Source: Promethearchaeota archaeon (GTDB lineage Archaea > Asgardarchaeota > Lokiarchaeia > Sigyniarchaeales > SOKP01). From it: a DNA stretch of 62,083 bases. The DNA is taken from NCBI GenBank assembly GCA_016839585.1, contig JAEOTZ010000074.1, forward strand, positions 1 to 62,083, written 5' to 3'. The notes beneath the pieces are model-generated. The model was not told where the DNA came from. It was given only the letters and a program-made list of their open reading frames with translations, and made no database searches. Below, piece after piece: positions 1-11,124 of this stretch; positions within the stretch are counted from its first letter, which is position 1, and every line of letters begins with the position of its first letter. The position numbers and the translations under genes were made by a program.

Positions 1-504
1 ATAAGTATAAAAATCATCAATTTGCATAGGAACTGAAGTTGACCAATCAGTTCCAGTATATTGATCATAACATTCATATTTCCATAATTTGGCATCCATT
101 TCATTAAAATCAGAATAACCGTAGACTCTATATACTTCCATTTCAGCAGCCGCAGAGGCTAAAAGCGCCATAAGGCCCTCTGAAAATTGACTTAAATCTA
201 AATCATCTGAATCACCATCAAGAAGATCAGATAACATATCAAGTAAATCTTCCAAATCTTCTGGAGAGATATCTGAAACATTAAAATCTTCCCAAGGGAA
301 GTAGGGGGTTAATGGTGGAGCATCCTCATCTTCTTTATCTTCTATTGAATCGTTAAAATCGTGTCGTTGAGTACCAAATAATAAATTTAATAAAACTGTC
401 GAGAAGGCAAACATGGAGATCAACAAAATAGCAATTAGAACAATACCCATTACTCTTTTCTTGTCGATCTTCTTACCTAAGATATCCTCTCCTATTACTG
501 ACAT
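1..504 (-). CDS. Partial (3'-truncated by window edge) membrane-anchored protein with acidic extracellular region
   Basis: Own translation from ATG at 504: MSVIGEDILGKKIDKKRVMGIVLIAILLISMFAFSTVFINLLFG..., open to the window edge; one N-terminal TM helix followed by a D/E-rich segment. Confidence 0.75.
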   Translation of the reverse strand, partial: MSVIGEDILGKKIDKKRVMGIVLIAILLISMFAFSTVLLNLLFGTQRHDFNDSIEDKEDEDAPPLTPYFPWEDFNVSDISPEDLEDLLDMLSDLLDGDSDDLDLSQFSEGLMALLASAAAEMEVYRVYGYSDFNEMDAKLWKYECYDQYTGTDWSTSVPMQIDDFYTY

Positions 505-911
505 ATTAAATTAAAATAAGTCTTATCATTAACTAAATAGAGTTAGAATATTAATCAAAATTATTATATATATAATTTTTCACATAATAATTTAAATTAT
601 TAGATAAATTACAAAATTGTATTTGAATCAAAATAGAAAAATTTTAGAACTTTTTTACATTATATAAATGAGAACTAAGCTTTTAAAATTAGATTGTAAA
701 CTATAATAATCTTATAGAATTTAGTGTTCTGAATTTATTAAACAAGAGGATTTAGAAAATTAAACTTAGCTCTTTAACAAATTATATTAAGAAATTTTTC
801 TCTTTGTTAAAAGGATTTAATAGAAATATCCTTGTAAAAAATATTCTAAAAAATGTAAAATAATATACTAATTCAGACCATTTAACATTAAATATTTGTC
901 TATTCTCTTTC

Positions 912-1718
912 CTAGAATTCAAAACCACACTTAGTACAGACGTATTTCTTTGCGTAAGTTGGTTTAGGAATGTAGCTTATGATTCTTGTTTTATCTTCCA
1001 CCTCCTTCACAGCAAAACCTGACGCTCCACAGCTAGGACACACTCTTCTTCCTGTTCCCACTGGCACAGATGGACTAGGAGTTGGTGTTGTAGAGGGAGA
1101 AATAGAAGGAGTTGTTCCATAGCTGGGTGTAGGAGTTTGAGAGGTTATTCCTTGAGCTAAACTAGATGGCATTACTGCTTTAGGTTCTTTTAATTCTTCA
1201 ATACGTTTCTCTTTATAAGCTAATTCTTCTTGTAATTTTGTAATTTGACCTTGTAATGGACCAATTTGCTGTTGAAGCATTGAATTATGTTGTTGTAATT
1301 CTTGAACTTGTTGTTGTAGTCCTGGAATCTGAGCTCTTAATTGAGCATTTTCATTATTTAAATGATTAACTTGATTTTGATAAGCTTCTGCTGAAGTTTG
1401 AAGTGATTGGAGTTGACTGGTTAATCGAGTTACTTGATTATTTTTTTCGGTAAGTTGAGCCCTAAAATTAGAAATTTCAACACTCATTTCATTCACCTGG
1501 CCTAATACAGCGTTATAATCCTCTTGTGAAGGCCCAACTGGAATACTGGGGGTGGACTCATAGGTAGGCATTAAAGCTGGTTGTTCATAAGAAGGAGGAG
1601 GGGCTTCTAAAGGAGGGGGCGTCAAAGGTGGGGTTGCTGAAGGTGGTGGCATTGAGGGAATTCTTGGGGGACCACGTTCTTCTTCTTCTTCGTCATTTCT
1701 ATCATTTTCATATGACAT
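912..1718 (-). CDS. Proline-rich / coiled-coil protein with C-terminal Zn ribbon
   Basis: PPP tracts at the N-terminus, Q-rich heptad coiled coil, CPSCG...CTKCG at the C-terminus. Confidence 0.8.
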   Translation of the reverse strand: MSYENDRNDEEEEERGPPRIPSMPPPSATPPLTPPPLEAPPPSYEQPALMPTYESTPSIPVGPSQEDYNAVLGQVNEMSVEISNFRAQLTEKNNQVTRLTSQLQSLQTSAEAYQNQVNHLNNENAQLRAQIPGLQQQVQELQQHNSMLQQQIGPLQGQITKLQEELAYKEKRIEELKEPKAVMPSSLAQGITSQTPTPSYGTTPSISPSTTPTPSPSVPVGTGRRVCPSCGASGFAVKEVEDKTRIISYIPKPTYAKKYVCTKCGFEF

Positions 1719-1832
1719 AATAATCCTCTATATATAATTCTTTAATTTTTACTTGCTTATGTAATTTAAATATGGTGTACTATGTTTATAAATTATAGCA
1801 CAAACATAAGTATAAAAAAGTCTTTAAAAATA

Positions 1833-2921
1833 CTAAAAACAATTCCAATAAGGATTTAACTTTTTTTTCATAGCAGGTATCAATTTTTCATTAACGTAAG
1901 TTAATAATTCCTTGTTTGAGGTCCTAGATTCTTCTTGAATAAGATTTTCATCTTCATCATTAAGAACCTTAAGACAATTATAGACAGCTCTTGCTTGTTT
2001 ATCAACCTCGTACCCACCTTCCAAAGTTATTAATATTCTATCATTCGAGTATTCTTTTGCGATTTCTTTGATTCTTTTTAAATAATTAGCTGGACCTTGA
2101 ATGGTCCATCCCATATTCGTTAATGTATCTGTCCAATGGGTATCAAATCCTGCTGATATAAGTATAAATTCTGGTTTAAATTCCTTACACACTGGTGAAA
2201 TTATTTCATCAAAAAATGTAATAATTATATCGTCAGCTGCTCTTGGTGGCATTGGAAAATTAATTATTTTACCTTCACCTTTCCCAGAGCCAATTTCACC
2301 TAAAAATCCACTCCCAGGATATAAAGTTCTTCCATCTTGATGAGAACTAAACATTACTACTTCACCATTTTCAGAACCATTATAAAAAATATCCTGAGTT
2401 CCATTTCCATGATGACAATCCCAATCTACTATGGCAATTCTCTTAAAACCCTTTTCTCTAATAAGATATTCTGTTGCGATAGCTATATTGTTAAAAATAC
2501 AAAATCCAGCACATTTATAAGAATTTGAATGATGACCTGGGGGTCTAACTGCGGCAAAAGCATTTTTTATATTACCTTCTAGAATTTCATCAGCAGCTTG
2601 AAGATTTCCCCCAACAGAAAATAATGATGCTTCATACGTTTTACCTGATACTGCAGTATCCATATCAAGGTATTGAATATTATTTGTTTTTTCAGCTAAT
2701 TGACTAACCTCACAAACTTCTCTAATTAGACTATCTTCGTGTACATATTTAATTTGATCTAAAGTTGCTTTTCTTGGTTCTATTAATTTAAAATTTGGGT
2801 CTTCAAGAACATTCTTTTCTTTTAAGAAATTCATAATCTCTATAAGTCTCAAATGGCTTTCTACATGAGTGCCAATTCGATGCTCTAGATAGATATCATC
2901 ATAGACTATGCCTGTTGTCAT
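1833..2921 (-). CDS. Histone deacetylase family (HDAC/AcuC) protein
   Basis: RPPGHH, GFCIFNN, DWDCHHGNGTQ, SAGFD and LEGGY motifs. Confidence 0.95.
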   Translation of the reverse strand: MTTGIVYDDIYLEHRIGTHVESHLRLIEIMNFLKEKNVLEDPNFKLIEPRKATLDQIKYVHEDSLIREVCEVSQLAEKTNNIQYLDMDTAVSGKTYEASLFSVGGNLQAADEILEGNIKNAFAAVRPPGHHSNSYKCAGFCIFNNIAIATEYLIREKGFKRIAIVDWDCHHGNGTQDIFYNGSENGEVVMFSSHQDGRTLYPGSGFLGEIGSGKGEGKIINFPMPPRAADDIIITFFDEIISPVCKEFKPEFILISAGFDTHWTDTLTNMGWTIQGPANYLKRIKEIAKEYSNDRILITLEGGYEVDKQARAVYNCLKVLNDEDENLIQEESRTSNKELLTYVNEKLIPAMKKKLNPYWNCF

Positions 2922-3037
2922 TAATTCCCACCTAAAACTTTAACTATATAATTCTTTTTTTTAATATTTTAAAATTTAATTCTTTTAATATTTAAATATA
3001 TAAACTTAAAAAATTTTTTTCATAAATTTAATTATAT

Positions 3038-3562
3038 ATGAGTGAGAACAAGAAATATTCTTTAAAAGTAATTATCATTGGAGAACCAGCTGTTGGAAAA
3101 ACAAGTTTAGTCAAAAAATTTGTATCGGGGCAATTTTCAAAAGATTATCGTTCAAGTATCGGAACTAATATATTTACAAAGCAAATTGATTTAAAAAAAG
3201 ATTCTAAAGCATCTATTCAATTATGGGATATTGCTGGACAGGAACGCTGGGTAAAGATGAGACATGTCTATTATAGAGGTGCTAAGGGCGTAATAATCGT
3301 TGGAGATTTAACAAGAAAAAATACATTCGATCAAATAGAAGAATTTTGGATTCCGGATATTAAACAGTATTGCTCCAAGGCTCCAATTATTCTTCTTGCT
3401 AATAAAAATGATTTAAAAAAAGAATTAAATGAAAAAGATATTTCATTATTAAGTGAAAGAATTAATTCGACATCTGTGTTATTAACATCCGCAAAAACAG
3501 GAGAAAATGTGGAAAAAGCTTTTAAATTAATTTCTGAACATGCTGTAGAAATTTTTCGTTGA
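3038..3562 (+). CDS. Rab-like small GTPase
   Basis: G1 GEPAVGKT, G3 WDIAGQE, G4 NKND, G5 SAK; YYRGA (RabF4-like); no C-terminal prenylation cysteines. Confidence 0.93.
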   Translation: MSENKKYSLKVIIIGEPAVGKTSLVKKFVSGQFSKDYRSSIGTNIFTKQIDLKKDSKASIQLWDIAGQERWVKMRHVYYRGAKGVIIVGDLTRKNTFDQIEEFWIPDIKQYCSKAPIILLANKNDLKKELNEKDISLLSERINSTSVLLTSAKTGENVEKAFKLISEHAVEIFR

Positions 3563-3650
3563 ATTTCAATTATGAAATTTACTTTTCCATAAATAAATAT
3601 TATTTCCTATTAATTTCATTAATAAAAGTACAAAATGAGATGTGTTTCTT

Positions 3651-5777
3651 TTATTCTTCCTTATTTGTAAATTTTATATAGTTATTTCTTGGTTCATACA
3701 GAGTTCCTTCTTTAATAAGCTCATCTATAGCATTTTCTATAAATTTCTTATCTAAACTTTCCTCTAATTCTAAAATTGGAATTACATTGTCTCTCTCAAG
3801 TGCTTTCCAATTGTTTTCTTCGGAAATTTCTTTAAGTCTGCTCATTAATGTTTCTAATTTATTAAGATTACTTCGTGATTGTCCAACAAAAATTCTATCC
3901 ATATCAATCTTTCCAGTAGTTTCGTCATAACCAGTATCTTTTAAATATCTTTTAAATGGTTTAATTATTTCTTCTACATCCTCTTTTAATACTTTATTTC
4001 TTAAAGCCATTTTTGCATAAGATTCACTCAATCTAACTAGAGCATCTAAATTTCTTGCTAAGATTGAAATAATCGCATCTTCACTGTCATATCGACCACG
4101 TAATTCTAAATAGAATTCTTTTATCCTTTCTTTGGCTTCATCAGTTAAAACAGGATTAAAAGTCCTTTTAGCATGCTTAACATATTTTTTTAGGAGATCC
4201 CTTGGAATGGGTGCTACAGCCAGGTTTTCTTTTTCATAAGATTCTTCTGGTCCTATCATCGAATTTTTTAAGATAAATTCAGCCATTTGAGCATCATCTG
4301 CGCGATCAGGTCTATCAATGACTACAAAAATTAAATCAAAACGAGATAGAAGAGATGGTGGTAAGCGAATGTTTTGAGTAGGAGTTTTATATCTATCATA
4401 TCTTCCAGAATGAGGATTTGCTGCAGCAATGATAGCAGTTTGAGCTTTCAATGTTGCTACAATCCCCGCTTTTGCTATACTTACCGTTTGTTGTTCCATT
4501 GCCTCATGGAGTGCTGATCTATCTGCAGTATCCATTTTATCGAATTCATCAATAGCAGCAATTCCGCCATTAGCCAAAACAACAGCCCCAGCTTCTAAAT
4601 TCATTTGTCCTGTATCAGAATCTTTAATTACAGCTGCAGTTAAACCAACAGCTGTTGAACCTTTTCCAGAAGTATATAATCCTCGTGGAGATACTTCTAT
4701 TAGACTTTTTAAGATTTCAGATTTTCCCGTTCCTGGGTCTCCAACAAATAAAATGTGAATATCACCTCTTTTATATCCTCCCCCAGGTCTTTTTCTTCTA
4801 GTTCCTCCAAATAAACATAAGGCAGATGCTAATTTAAGATCATCTCTTCCATAAATAGTAGGAGCGATAGAACGAGCTATTTTTTTTTGGATCATTGGCT
4901 CTTTTGAAAGACTCTCTATTTGTTTTCTATCTTCTTTTGAAAGTTCTACAATATCTTCACTTTTATCTTCTGGATCTATAAAATTGATATCAATAAAGGT
5001 CTTGAATAAAGTTGAGTTATTACTTTTAGTTGATTGAGCTAATACAGATTTAAAAATTCCCATAATTTTAACTCTATCCCCTGGTTTAACAGTATCAACT
5101 AAATTGTATGTTAATATTGCTTGAATTGATCTTGGAATTCTTCCAGGGGGTAAATCTTCAGGAATTTCTTGAATCATAATACTTTGCCAGTCAATGAATT
5201 CAGATTTCTTTGATATAAGGCGGAAATCTGATTGTGCTTTAGCTTTACATCGCTGGGTTATGCAAAATTTGGGCCATTTTATTCTTGAGGTTAACTGAAT
5301 TATCTCAAATTGAGCTCCACATATTGTACATTCAAATACTGCTTTCATTAGTTTTGGTCTTATCGTTGAACTTCTTACTAAAATACCTTTCGACCAAATA
5401 AGATTGTCAATATGTTTTGCTCTTAATCCTCTTAAAGGAATTGTTAATAGACTTTTTGGATCTTTAGTTGTTATTCTTACAAAATATTCTTGAGGGGTCA
5501 ATTTTGCACCTTGAAATTTTAATACATTTTTAAAGGCTTCAATAGCATCTTCTAATAAAGCTTCCGGATCATTTTTCAACATATTAGCAATCTGAGGGTC
5601 AAAAGCTAATAAATCCTCATATAATATAATTAATCTATTCCCTCCTTTAGAAAAAATTTCATTTATCTGATCTTGATATTTGTATATACCAGGTTTATCT
5701 TGAAATAAACGATAAAAATCATCAAAGCGCTGAACCTTATTAATTGGAGGAGTAGGACTTGAGCTAGGGGTTGTCAC
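3651..5777 (-). CDS. mcm: Replicative DNA helicase MCM
   Basis: Zn finger CTIC...C...C, Walker A GDPGTGKS, IDEFDKM, SRFD arginine finger, C-terminal winged helix; GTG start. Confidence 0.97.
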   Translation of the reverse strand: MTTPSSSPTPPINKVQRFDDFYRLFQDKPGIYKYQDQINEIFSKGGNRLIILYEDLLAFDPQIANMLKNDPEALLEDAIEAFKNVLKFQGAKLTPQEYFVRITTKDPKSLLTIPLRGLRAKHIDNLIWSKGILVRSSTIRPKLMKAVFECTICGAQFEIIQLTSRIKWPKFCITQRCKAKAQSDFRLISKKSEFIDWQSIMIQEIPEDLPPGRIPRSIQAILTYNLVDTVKPGDRVKIMGIFKSVLAQSTKSNNSTLFKTFIDINFIDPEDKSEDIVELSKEDRKQIESLSKEPMIQKKIARSIAPTIYGRDDLKLASALCLFGGTRRKRPGGGYKRGDIHILFVGDPGTGKSEILKSLIEVSPRGLYTSGKGSTAVGLTAAVIKDSDTGQMNLEAGAVVLANGGIAAIDEFDKMDTADRSALHEAMEQQTVSIAKAGIVATLKAQTAIIAAANPHSGRYDRYKTPTQNIRLPPSLLSRFDLIFVVIDRPDRADDAQMAEFILKNSMIGPEESYEKENLAVAPIPRDLLKKYVKHAKRTFNPVLTDEAKERIKEFYLELRGRYDSEDAIISILARNLDALVRLSESYAKMALRNKVLKEDVEEIIKPFKRYLKDTGYDETTGKIDMDRIFVGQSRSNLNKLETLMSRLKEISEENNWKALERDNVIPILELEESLDKKFIENAIDELIKEGTLYEPRNNYIKFTNKEE

Positions 5778-5935
5778 AAAAAATCACATTAATTTTTTTT
5801 ATATAGCTAAATTATACTTGATTATACTTGAATATTAGGACATATTTTATTAAACAGTAAACAATTGGATATAAAAACTCTGGGCTCTCGTCTGAATTAT
5901 TAAATTTTTATATTTTCTATCAGAAAAATAGTTCT

Positions 5936-8900
5936 TTAGCTCTCTTTTAATTGATATAAAGTTTCACATAAAATTGGATCTTGAGTCATTTCACATCTTG
6001 CTTTGAGTAAAGGAATAACTCTTTTTTTGATATTTTTATCTCCATATTTAACAGTTCGACCTAAAATTAAAGCTATTGATTGTTGGGTTTCTAATGATCT
6101 TTCAGCACTAAGATTTTGTAGGAGCTTTGATAAAATTTTATTAATTCCTACATCTCGAATTATATTAACCAAGATATTAACTATACTAGTTCTTACTTCT
6201 TTTGATTTATCTCCTAATAAATCAACTATTATATCGAATAATTCCTCAATTTGATCACTATAAATTTTCAATAATCTCGTTGATGCTTCTCTCACGTTAT
6301 AGTCTTTACTTATAAAATTCTTTGATAATTTTTCGAAAGAGAGATGTGATGCATTAACTTCTTCTATATTCGATAACATCTTCAACGCAGTTCTCTTGAC
6401 CCAATTTTCTTCATCATCAAGTAGATAAACAAGTTTCTCTATGGCTTCTTCTTTATTTTCAATATAATCAATAATATTCCCCAAGCTAGAGGCTGCTGCT
6501 TCTCGAACTATCCATTCCTCATCAATCAAAGCAGTATTAATTAAAGAATCAGTTGCTAATGATGGATTTCTTTTACCTACAAAACCTAAAATCCTTGTGC
6601 TTGTTTCACGTATAAATGAATCTTTATCAGAGAGAAAGTTAATAACATTACGAACTGGAATAATTTCTGGTGAATTTTTAGCAATTTCCAACAAAGATTT
6701 AAATAATGTAATTTTTACTGACGACTCTTGCTCATTGATAGCTTGAAAAATTTCAGATATTAAAGGTTTTAATAAAAAAGGATTTCTTTTGGCTATAATT
6801 GAAATGATTTTTGAAGCTTCTTTTTTAACTTGACTATTTTTATCTTTCTGTAATAGTGTGATAAACGGTTTTATACTAAGTTTTTCAATATATTCCTCCT
6901 CTAGACCCTCTAGGGAAGCAATAGCATTAAGTCTTATATCATCATCTTCATTTTTTAAGTAATATAATAATTTTGGAATTATGTTTTTTGGATCTATTTC
7001 TGCTATCCTAATAATTGTTTTTGATATAATACCCTTTGTAAGAAATTTTGCAGCATCTGGTATTTTAATTAAATTTGTTAATATTGAATCTTGATTTACT
7101 TGAGATTTTTCAACAAGAATATTTGATATATTTTTTTTTAATTGCTCATTATCAAATTTTATAAAAATCAATAAAGTTGTTAATATTTTTTCTGGATTAT
7201 ATCTCCATAATTTACCCAGAAGAGATAAAACACTATTTAGAATTTCAAAATTATTCGGGTCAATCTTATCAATAATTGTATCAAAATTTAATAATTTCGG
7301 TTCCTCATTAAAATATTTCTCGAGAGCTGTAATTGAAGCATTTCTTACATTTTCATTTAAATCAGTAATTCCATCTAAAAATGGTGATAATGGAATCTTA
7401 TATTTTTTAAAATTTCCAATCTGGCTAAAAACTTCAAAGACAGAAGCTCTCACTTCACTATTGGGATCCTTCATTAAAGGGGAAAGTATAGATATAAATT
7501 TTTTATCTATATCTTTTACTTTATAAGATTTTATGGTTTTTATTGCTGCTGCTCTTATTTCCTTATTAATGTGAAATAATTTATTAAAAATGATGCTAAT
7601 GGGTATTTTAACAGAAGATAATGATAAAATATTAAGTATTTCTACTTGCACTTGATAATTTGGATCTTCAATTAATTCATAAATATTTAAATTTTGAATT
7701 AATTCATCCTTATTTTTAATTATTCTATTAAGTAGCTTTAAACTTAATATTTTTGTACGCCATTCTGAATCTTCAACAAGGTTTAAAATCAATTTTTTTG
7801 GCAAATTACCTATAAAATCTAAATCAGCATTCAAAAGTGATCTTAGAATAGGTATAATTTTATCGTAATTTGGAGATTCTAAAGTTTCTTTTATCCAGGG
7901 TATTATTAAATTCGGAACATCTTTTTCTAATTGGACTAAAATTTTATAGCATATTCTCCTTGAATTCGAGTTATAATCACAAATACCGTCTAAAAGTAAA
8001 TATTTATATTTCCAATCATTGAGATCTATCTCTGTTTTTAGTGGAATTCTTTCAAACATTAAAAGGATTGTTTCTTCTGCATATTTCCTTATTATAGAAT
8101 TCTTATCTTTAATAAAAGTAAAAAGAGGGATAGGATCAAAATTTTGACCACACCCACTAATTTTTGAATATTTTATATTATACTTAAATTCACTTTTCGT
8201 AGATAAAAAGAAATATGATGTAAAAAGTATTAGCGCAATTTCTTCTATTAATGCCGCCCAGGTAAACATATGATATTTTGGCACAATTTCTCTGGTGATT
8301 GACCAGTAATTAAAACTATTGGATAATCTATTAATATTAACAAGTATAAAATTCACAAAAACATTAATACCTATAGCTGCCATTAAATATGCAGCAAAAT
8401 ATATATCAATTCCTCTATATTTGATTTTTCTACCCCAAAAGCGAGTAAAATATCCAATGATGCCAAAGAATAAAGTTACATATACAAAATATGAAGACAT
8501 TGTTGATATTGCAAGTGATCTAGTAAAGAAAAAAGCAATTGTCTGAATCATAGAAATCCAAGCCCATACAAAAACAAATAACATAAAACCTAAAATGATA
8601 TAAGGCTTGGGATTTGAAGTGAATTGTTTCATTCCTCTTTTACTATCTTCAAAATTCAGAAAGATTGATCTTTTTATGTCTGGTATATGATAAAACTCAT
8701 TTGAAATTCCCGCTATATATCCTTTAGTTCCGTAGTGTACTATAATTATAAGAGGATATGCGAGTATCCAAGAAACCCATATCACCATGAATGGTAAGCC
8801 CGAAAGAACCAATATAATCGGGGGTAGAATTAAGAGCAAATATAATATTATTGCCATAAAAAATGATTTTATCTTATTTTCAGATCTATTAATGATTTTA

Positions 8901-9241
8901 TTACCAATTAATTTATGAAATGGGGTAAGACCCTCGTCAGATTCTTTGCTAAGAGCGATGAATAAGAAATCAATTAGGGGGTAAAAGGATATATAAATTA
9001 AACATACTGAAAATGGTATAAGAAGTGCTAGCGGATGAACTGCATCAGTAGCGAAAATAAAACCCATTGCAACAACGACCAAAATCGCTATACCAAAAAT
9101 GAGTCCATATAAAATGCATTGAACTCGATCTATGTTGCTGAATTCTCCTTTTTTTACTAGGGCTACTTGTCTATATATTAGGAAAAACCCAACTAGGAAA
9201 AAACCTATAAATAGTATTAACAAAATAATTTCTATTAGCAA
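5936..9241 (-). CDS. Multi-pass membrane protein fused to a long HEAT-repeat solenoid
   Basis: About 8 hydrophobic segments in the first ~350 aa, then repeated 'LxDxxxxVRxxA' HEAT motifs to the C-terminus. Confidence 0.85.
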   Translation of the reverse strand: MLIEIILLILFIGFFLVGFFLIYRQVALVKKGEFSNIDRVQCILYGLIFGIAILVVVAMGFIFATDAVHPLALLIPFSVCLIYISFYPLIDFLFIALSKESDEGLTPFHKLIGNKIINRSENKIKSFFMAIILYLLLILPPIILVLSGLPFMVIWVSWILAYPLIIIVHYGTKGYIAGISNEFYHIPDIKRSIFLNFEDSKRGMKQFTSNPKPYIILGFMLFVFVWAWISMIQTIAFFFTRSLAISTMSSYFVYVTLFFGIIGYFTRFWGRKIKYRGIDIYFAAYLMAAIGINVFVNFILVNINRLSNSFNYWSITREIVPKYHMFTWAALIEEIALILFTSYFFLSTKSEFKYNIKYSKISGCGQNFDPIPLFTFIKDKNSIIRKYAEETILLMFERIPLKTEIDLNDWKYKYLLLDGICDYNSNSRRICYKILVQLEKDVPNLIIPWIKETLESPNYDKIIPILRSLLNADLDFIGNLPKKLILNLVEDSEWRTKILSLKLLNRIIKNKDELIQNLNIYELIEDPNYQVQVEILNILSLSSVKIPISIIFNKLFHINKEIRAAAIKTIKSYKVKDIDKKFISILSPLMKDPNSEVRASVFEVFSQIGNFKKYKIPLSPFLDGITDLNENVRNASITALEKYFNEEPKLLNFDTIIDKIDPNNFEILNSVLSLLGKLWRYNPEKILTTLLIFIKFDNEQLKKNISNILVEKSQVNQDSILTNLIKIPDAAKFLTKGIISKTIIRIAEIDPKNIIPKLLYYLKNEDDDIRLNAIASLEGLEEEYIEKLSIKPFITLLQKDKNSQVKKEASKIISIIAKRNPFLLKPLISEIFQAINEQESSVKITLFKSLLEIAKNSPEIIPVRNVINFLSDKDSFIRETSTRILGFVGKRNPSLATDSLINTALIDEEWIVREAAASSLGNIIDYIENKEEAIEKLVYLLDDEENWVKRTALKMLSNIEEVNASHLSFEKLSKNFISKDYNVREASTRLLKIYSDQIEELFDIIVDLLGDKSKEVRTSIVNILVNIIRDVGINKILSKLLQNLSAERSLETQQSIALILGRTVKYGDKNIKKRVIPLLKARCEMTQDPILCETLYQLKES

Positions 9242-9344
9242 TTTTTACACTAATTTTTTCAGTCTATTAGTATATTAATATAAGTTTTAATTTTCTAGTT
9301 CTAAATTGTTTAGTATATAAAATTATATTAATTTATTAGATCTG

Positions 9345-9914
9345 GTGAAAATTATATTGGAAAAAGTTGAAAGCCAATTAAATGACTCCCTAAATAGGAT
9401 AAATTTTATGTTTATGAATGAAGAATTAACTATAGAGTGTATAAAAAGTTTTAAAAAATTTTCCTTTTTAGGAGAATCATTTGGTCCATTTGAGAAGGGA
9501 AACAAATATAGGTTAAAATTGTTCTCAGCGATTCCTTTTATTGAAAATAATATTATAAAAGTAGCTTCAAATGAAAAATGCGATAATATTGATGTGCAAA
9601 GATTTGCTATTGATGAACGCGATGATCAAAAACTTATTTTTAGAGAGAATAATTATTTTCTTTATAAAATAAAGAAATTTAGAATTTTCTTGGAAAAGGA
9701 TATTAAAGATAAAATCAAACCTCCTTTAGATTTAGATAGATATAATTCTTATATGTCAAATATTATTGATAGTCGATTATCAAAACTCTTAAGATTAGCA
9801 AAGGCGAAGTTATCCTTAGATGATGAGAGAAGATTAACAAGTTCAGAAATAATACTATTTAGACATTTATATAAGTTTATTAAAGTGTGGAGAAAATTTT
9901 ATTTAACTCATTAA
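9345..9914 (+). CDS. GINS complex subunit-like (Gins23/Psf2-3 type)
   Basis: N-terminal B-domain-like FGPFEKGNKYRLKLFSAIPF and helical A-domain-like IIDSRLSKLLRLA; close to mcm. Confidence 0.6.
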   Translation: MKIILEKVESQLNDSLNRINFMFMNEELTIECIKSFKKFSFLGESFGPFEKGNKYRLKLFSAIPFIENNIIKVASNEKCDNIDVQRFAIDERDDQKLIFRENNYFLYKIKKFRIFLEKDIKDKIKPPLDLDRYNSYMSNIIDSRLSKLLRLAKAKLSLDDERRLTSSEIILFRHLYKFIKVWRKFYLTH

Positions 9915-10588
9915 GAAAATTTTACTTCTCTTGTTCCATAATTTTTAAAATATTCTTCTATATGTATTGCAATATCCTTATCTATCGTTAAATTTGGTAA
10001 TAAATCTACTGCGTTACTCATCGCATAATATTTGACATCCTCTTCGCGTATTACTTCTTCTACACTTTTTCCATCATCCCTTAGTTCATTTCTGTTAGTT
10101 ATGCCAATAGCAGCTATTATATCAACTTTAATTGCCTTTATGTTTTGAATGCTTGTTATCAAAGATCCACCTGTTGTTGTTACATCCTCAATAACAATTA
10201 CTTTTCCTTTTGGCATCCCTAGAAAAAATCTATCCTTTGGTTCACCATGATCTTTTAGTTTACCTCTTCCCATGGGTAAATTATAGATTCTAGTATGATA
10301 ATTCTTTTGCTTTTTTGCCCATTTAAATTGTGTAATAATCCCAATTTTACTGGCTCCCTCAGGTACTCCATAAAAACAATCAGGTTTTAAATTAAGACTT
10401 CCCACAAATGAAATTATATAATCAGTTAATTTATCAATTAAATTTACATCCTCAGAAATATTTCTCCAATTTATATAAAAATAGGAAAGCCTATTAGATT
10501 TTAATCTTATTGGTTCCTTAAAGAATCCAATTACTTTATTAACGATTATGAATTCATAAAATTTCTTTTTCTCTTTATCCCAATTCAT
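9911..10588 (-). CDS. pyrE: Orotate phosphoribosyltransferase
   Basis: LKSNRLSYFYIN, KDHG, PRPP-binding VIEDVTTTGGS. Confidence 0.88.
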   Translation of the reverse strand: MNWDKEKKKFYEFIIVNKVIGFFKEPIRLKSNRLSYFYINWRNISEDVNLIDKLTDYIISFVGSLNLKPDCFYGVPEGASKIGIITQFKWAKKQKNYHTRIYNLPMGRGKLKDHGEPKDRFFLGMPKGKVIVIEDVTTTGGSLITSIQNIKAIKVDIIAAIGITNRNELRDDGKSVEEVIREEDVKYYAMSNAVDLLPNLTIDKDIAIHIEEYFKNYGTREVKFS

Positions 10589-10599
10589 AAGTAGTAAAA

Positions 10600-11124
10600 C
10601 TATTCCTTTAATGTTAAATAATCTTTTCTTGCTTTCGCATATTCTTCAGCGTTAATTTTTCCAGCTAAGAATTCTTTTTCTTTTTCTCTCATAACCCTCC
10701 TTTTTTGAGCTAATTTTTTCCTTCTTTCTGCTTTAAGGAAATTATTTGAAATATTCTTAGCGATACTTACAATATCTTTATTTTTTTTGTTAATTAAATT
10801 TTCTAAATAAGGTTTGATTGGGATTACCATTTCAATGTTTTTGTTGGAAAGTTCTTCAATTCGAATTAATGCGAGAATAATCTCTTCCTCATTTTCACCT
10901 TCTAAAACACTCATCATTCTTGGAATTGCAATATCTTTTGTTATATCGTTAAGATATTCTTCAATTTCCTTTTTTATTTGGGGATCTTTATAACTATCTA
11001 ATTTCTTACTACGTATATACTCAACAAAAATAAGAGGTAATTCAATTGGCCAATCTTGCATTTTTTCTTTATCGATTAATTGAATAATTCCACCATCTTT
11101 TTTGTGAAAAATTCTTATATCCAA
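10600..11124 (-). CDS. Hypothetical protein (short helical/HEAT-like region, SHOCT-like C-terminus)
   Basis: ORF overlapping the end of top6A; C-terminal GKINAEEYAKAR resembles a SHOCT motif. Confidence 0.65.
   Translation of the reverse strand: MDIRIFHKKDGGIIQLIDKEKMQDWPIELPLIFVEYIRSKKLDSYKDPQIKKEIEEYLNDITKDIAIPRMMSVLEGENEEEIILALIRIEELSNKNIEMVIPIKPYLENLINKKNKDIVSIAKNISNNFLKAERRKKLAQKRRVMREKEKEFLAGKINAEEYAKARKDYLTLKE

Noticed and set aside
505-911. AT-rich intergenic region as a possible replication origin
   Set aside because: No ORB-like repeats or G-strings seen; none next to the Cdc6-like gene either
5811-5830. ATTATACTTG tandem duplication upstream of mcm
   Set aside because: Only two 10-bp copies in AT-rich DNA; a regulatory role cannot be supported
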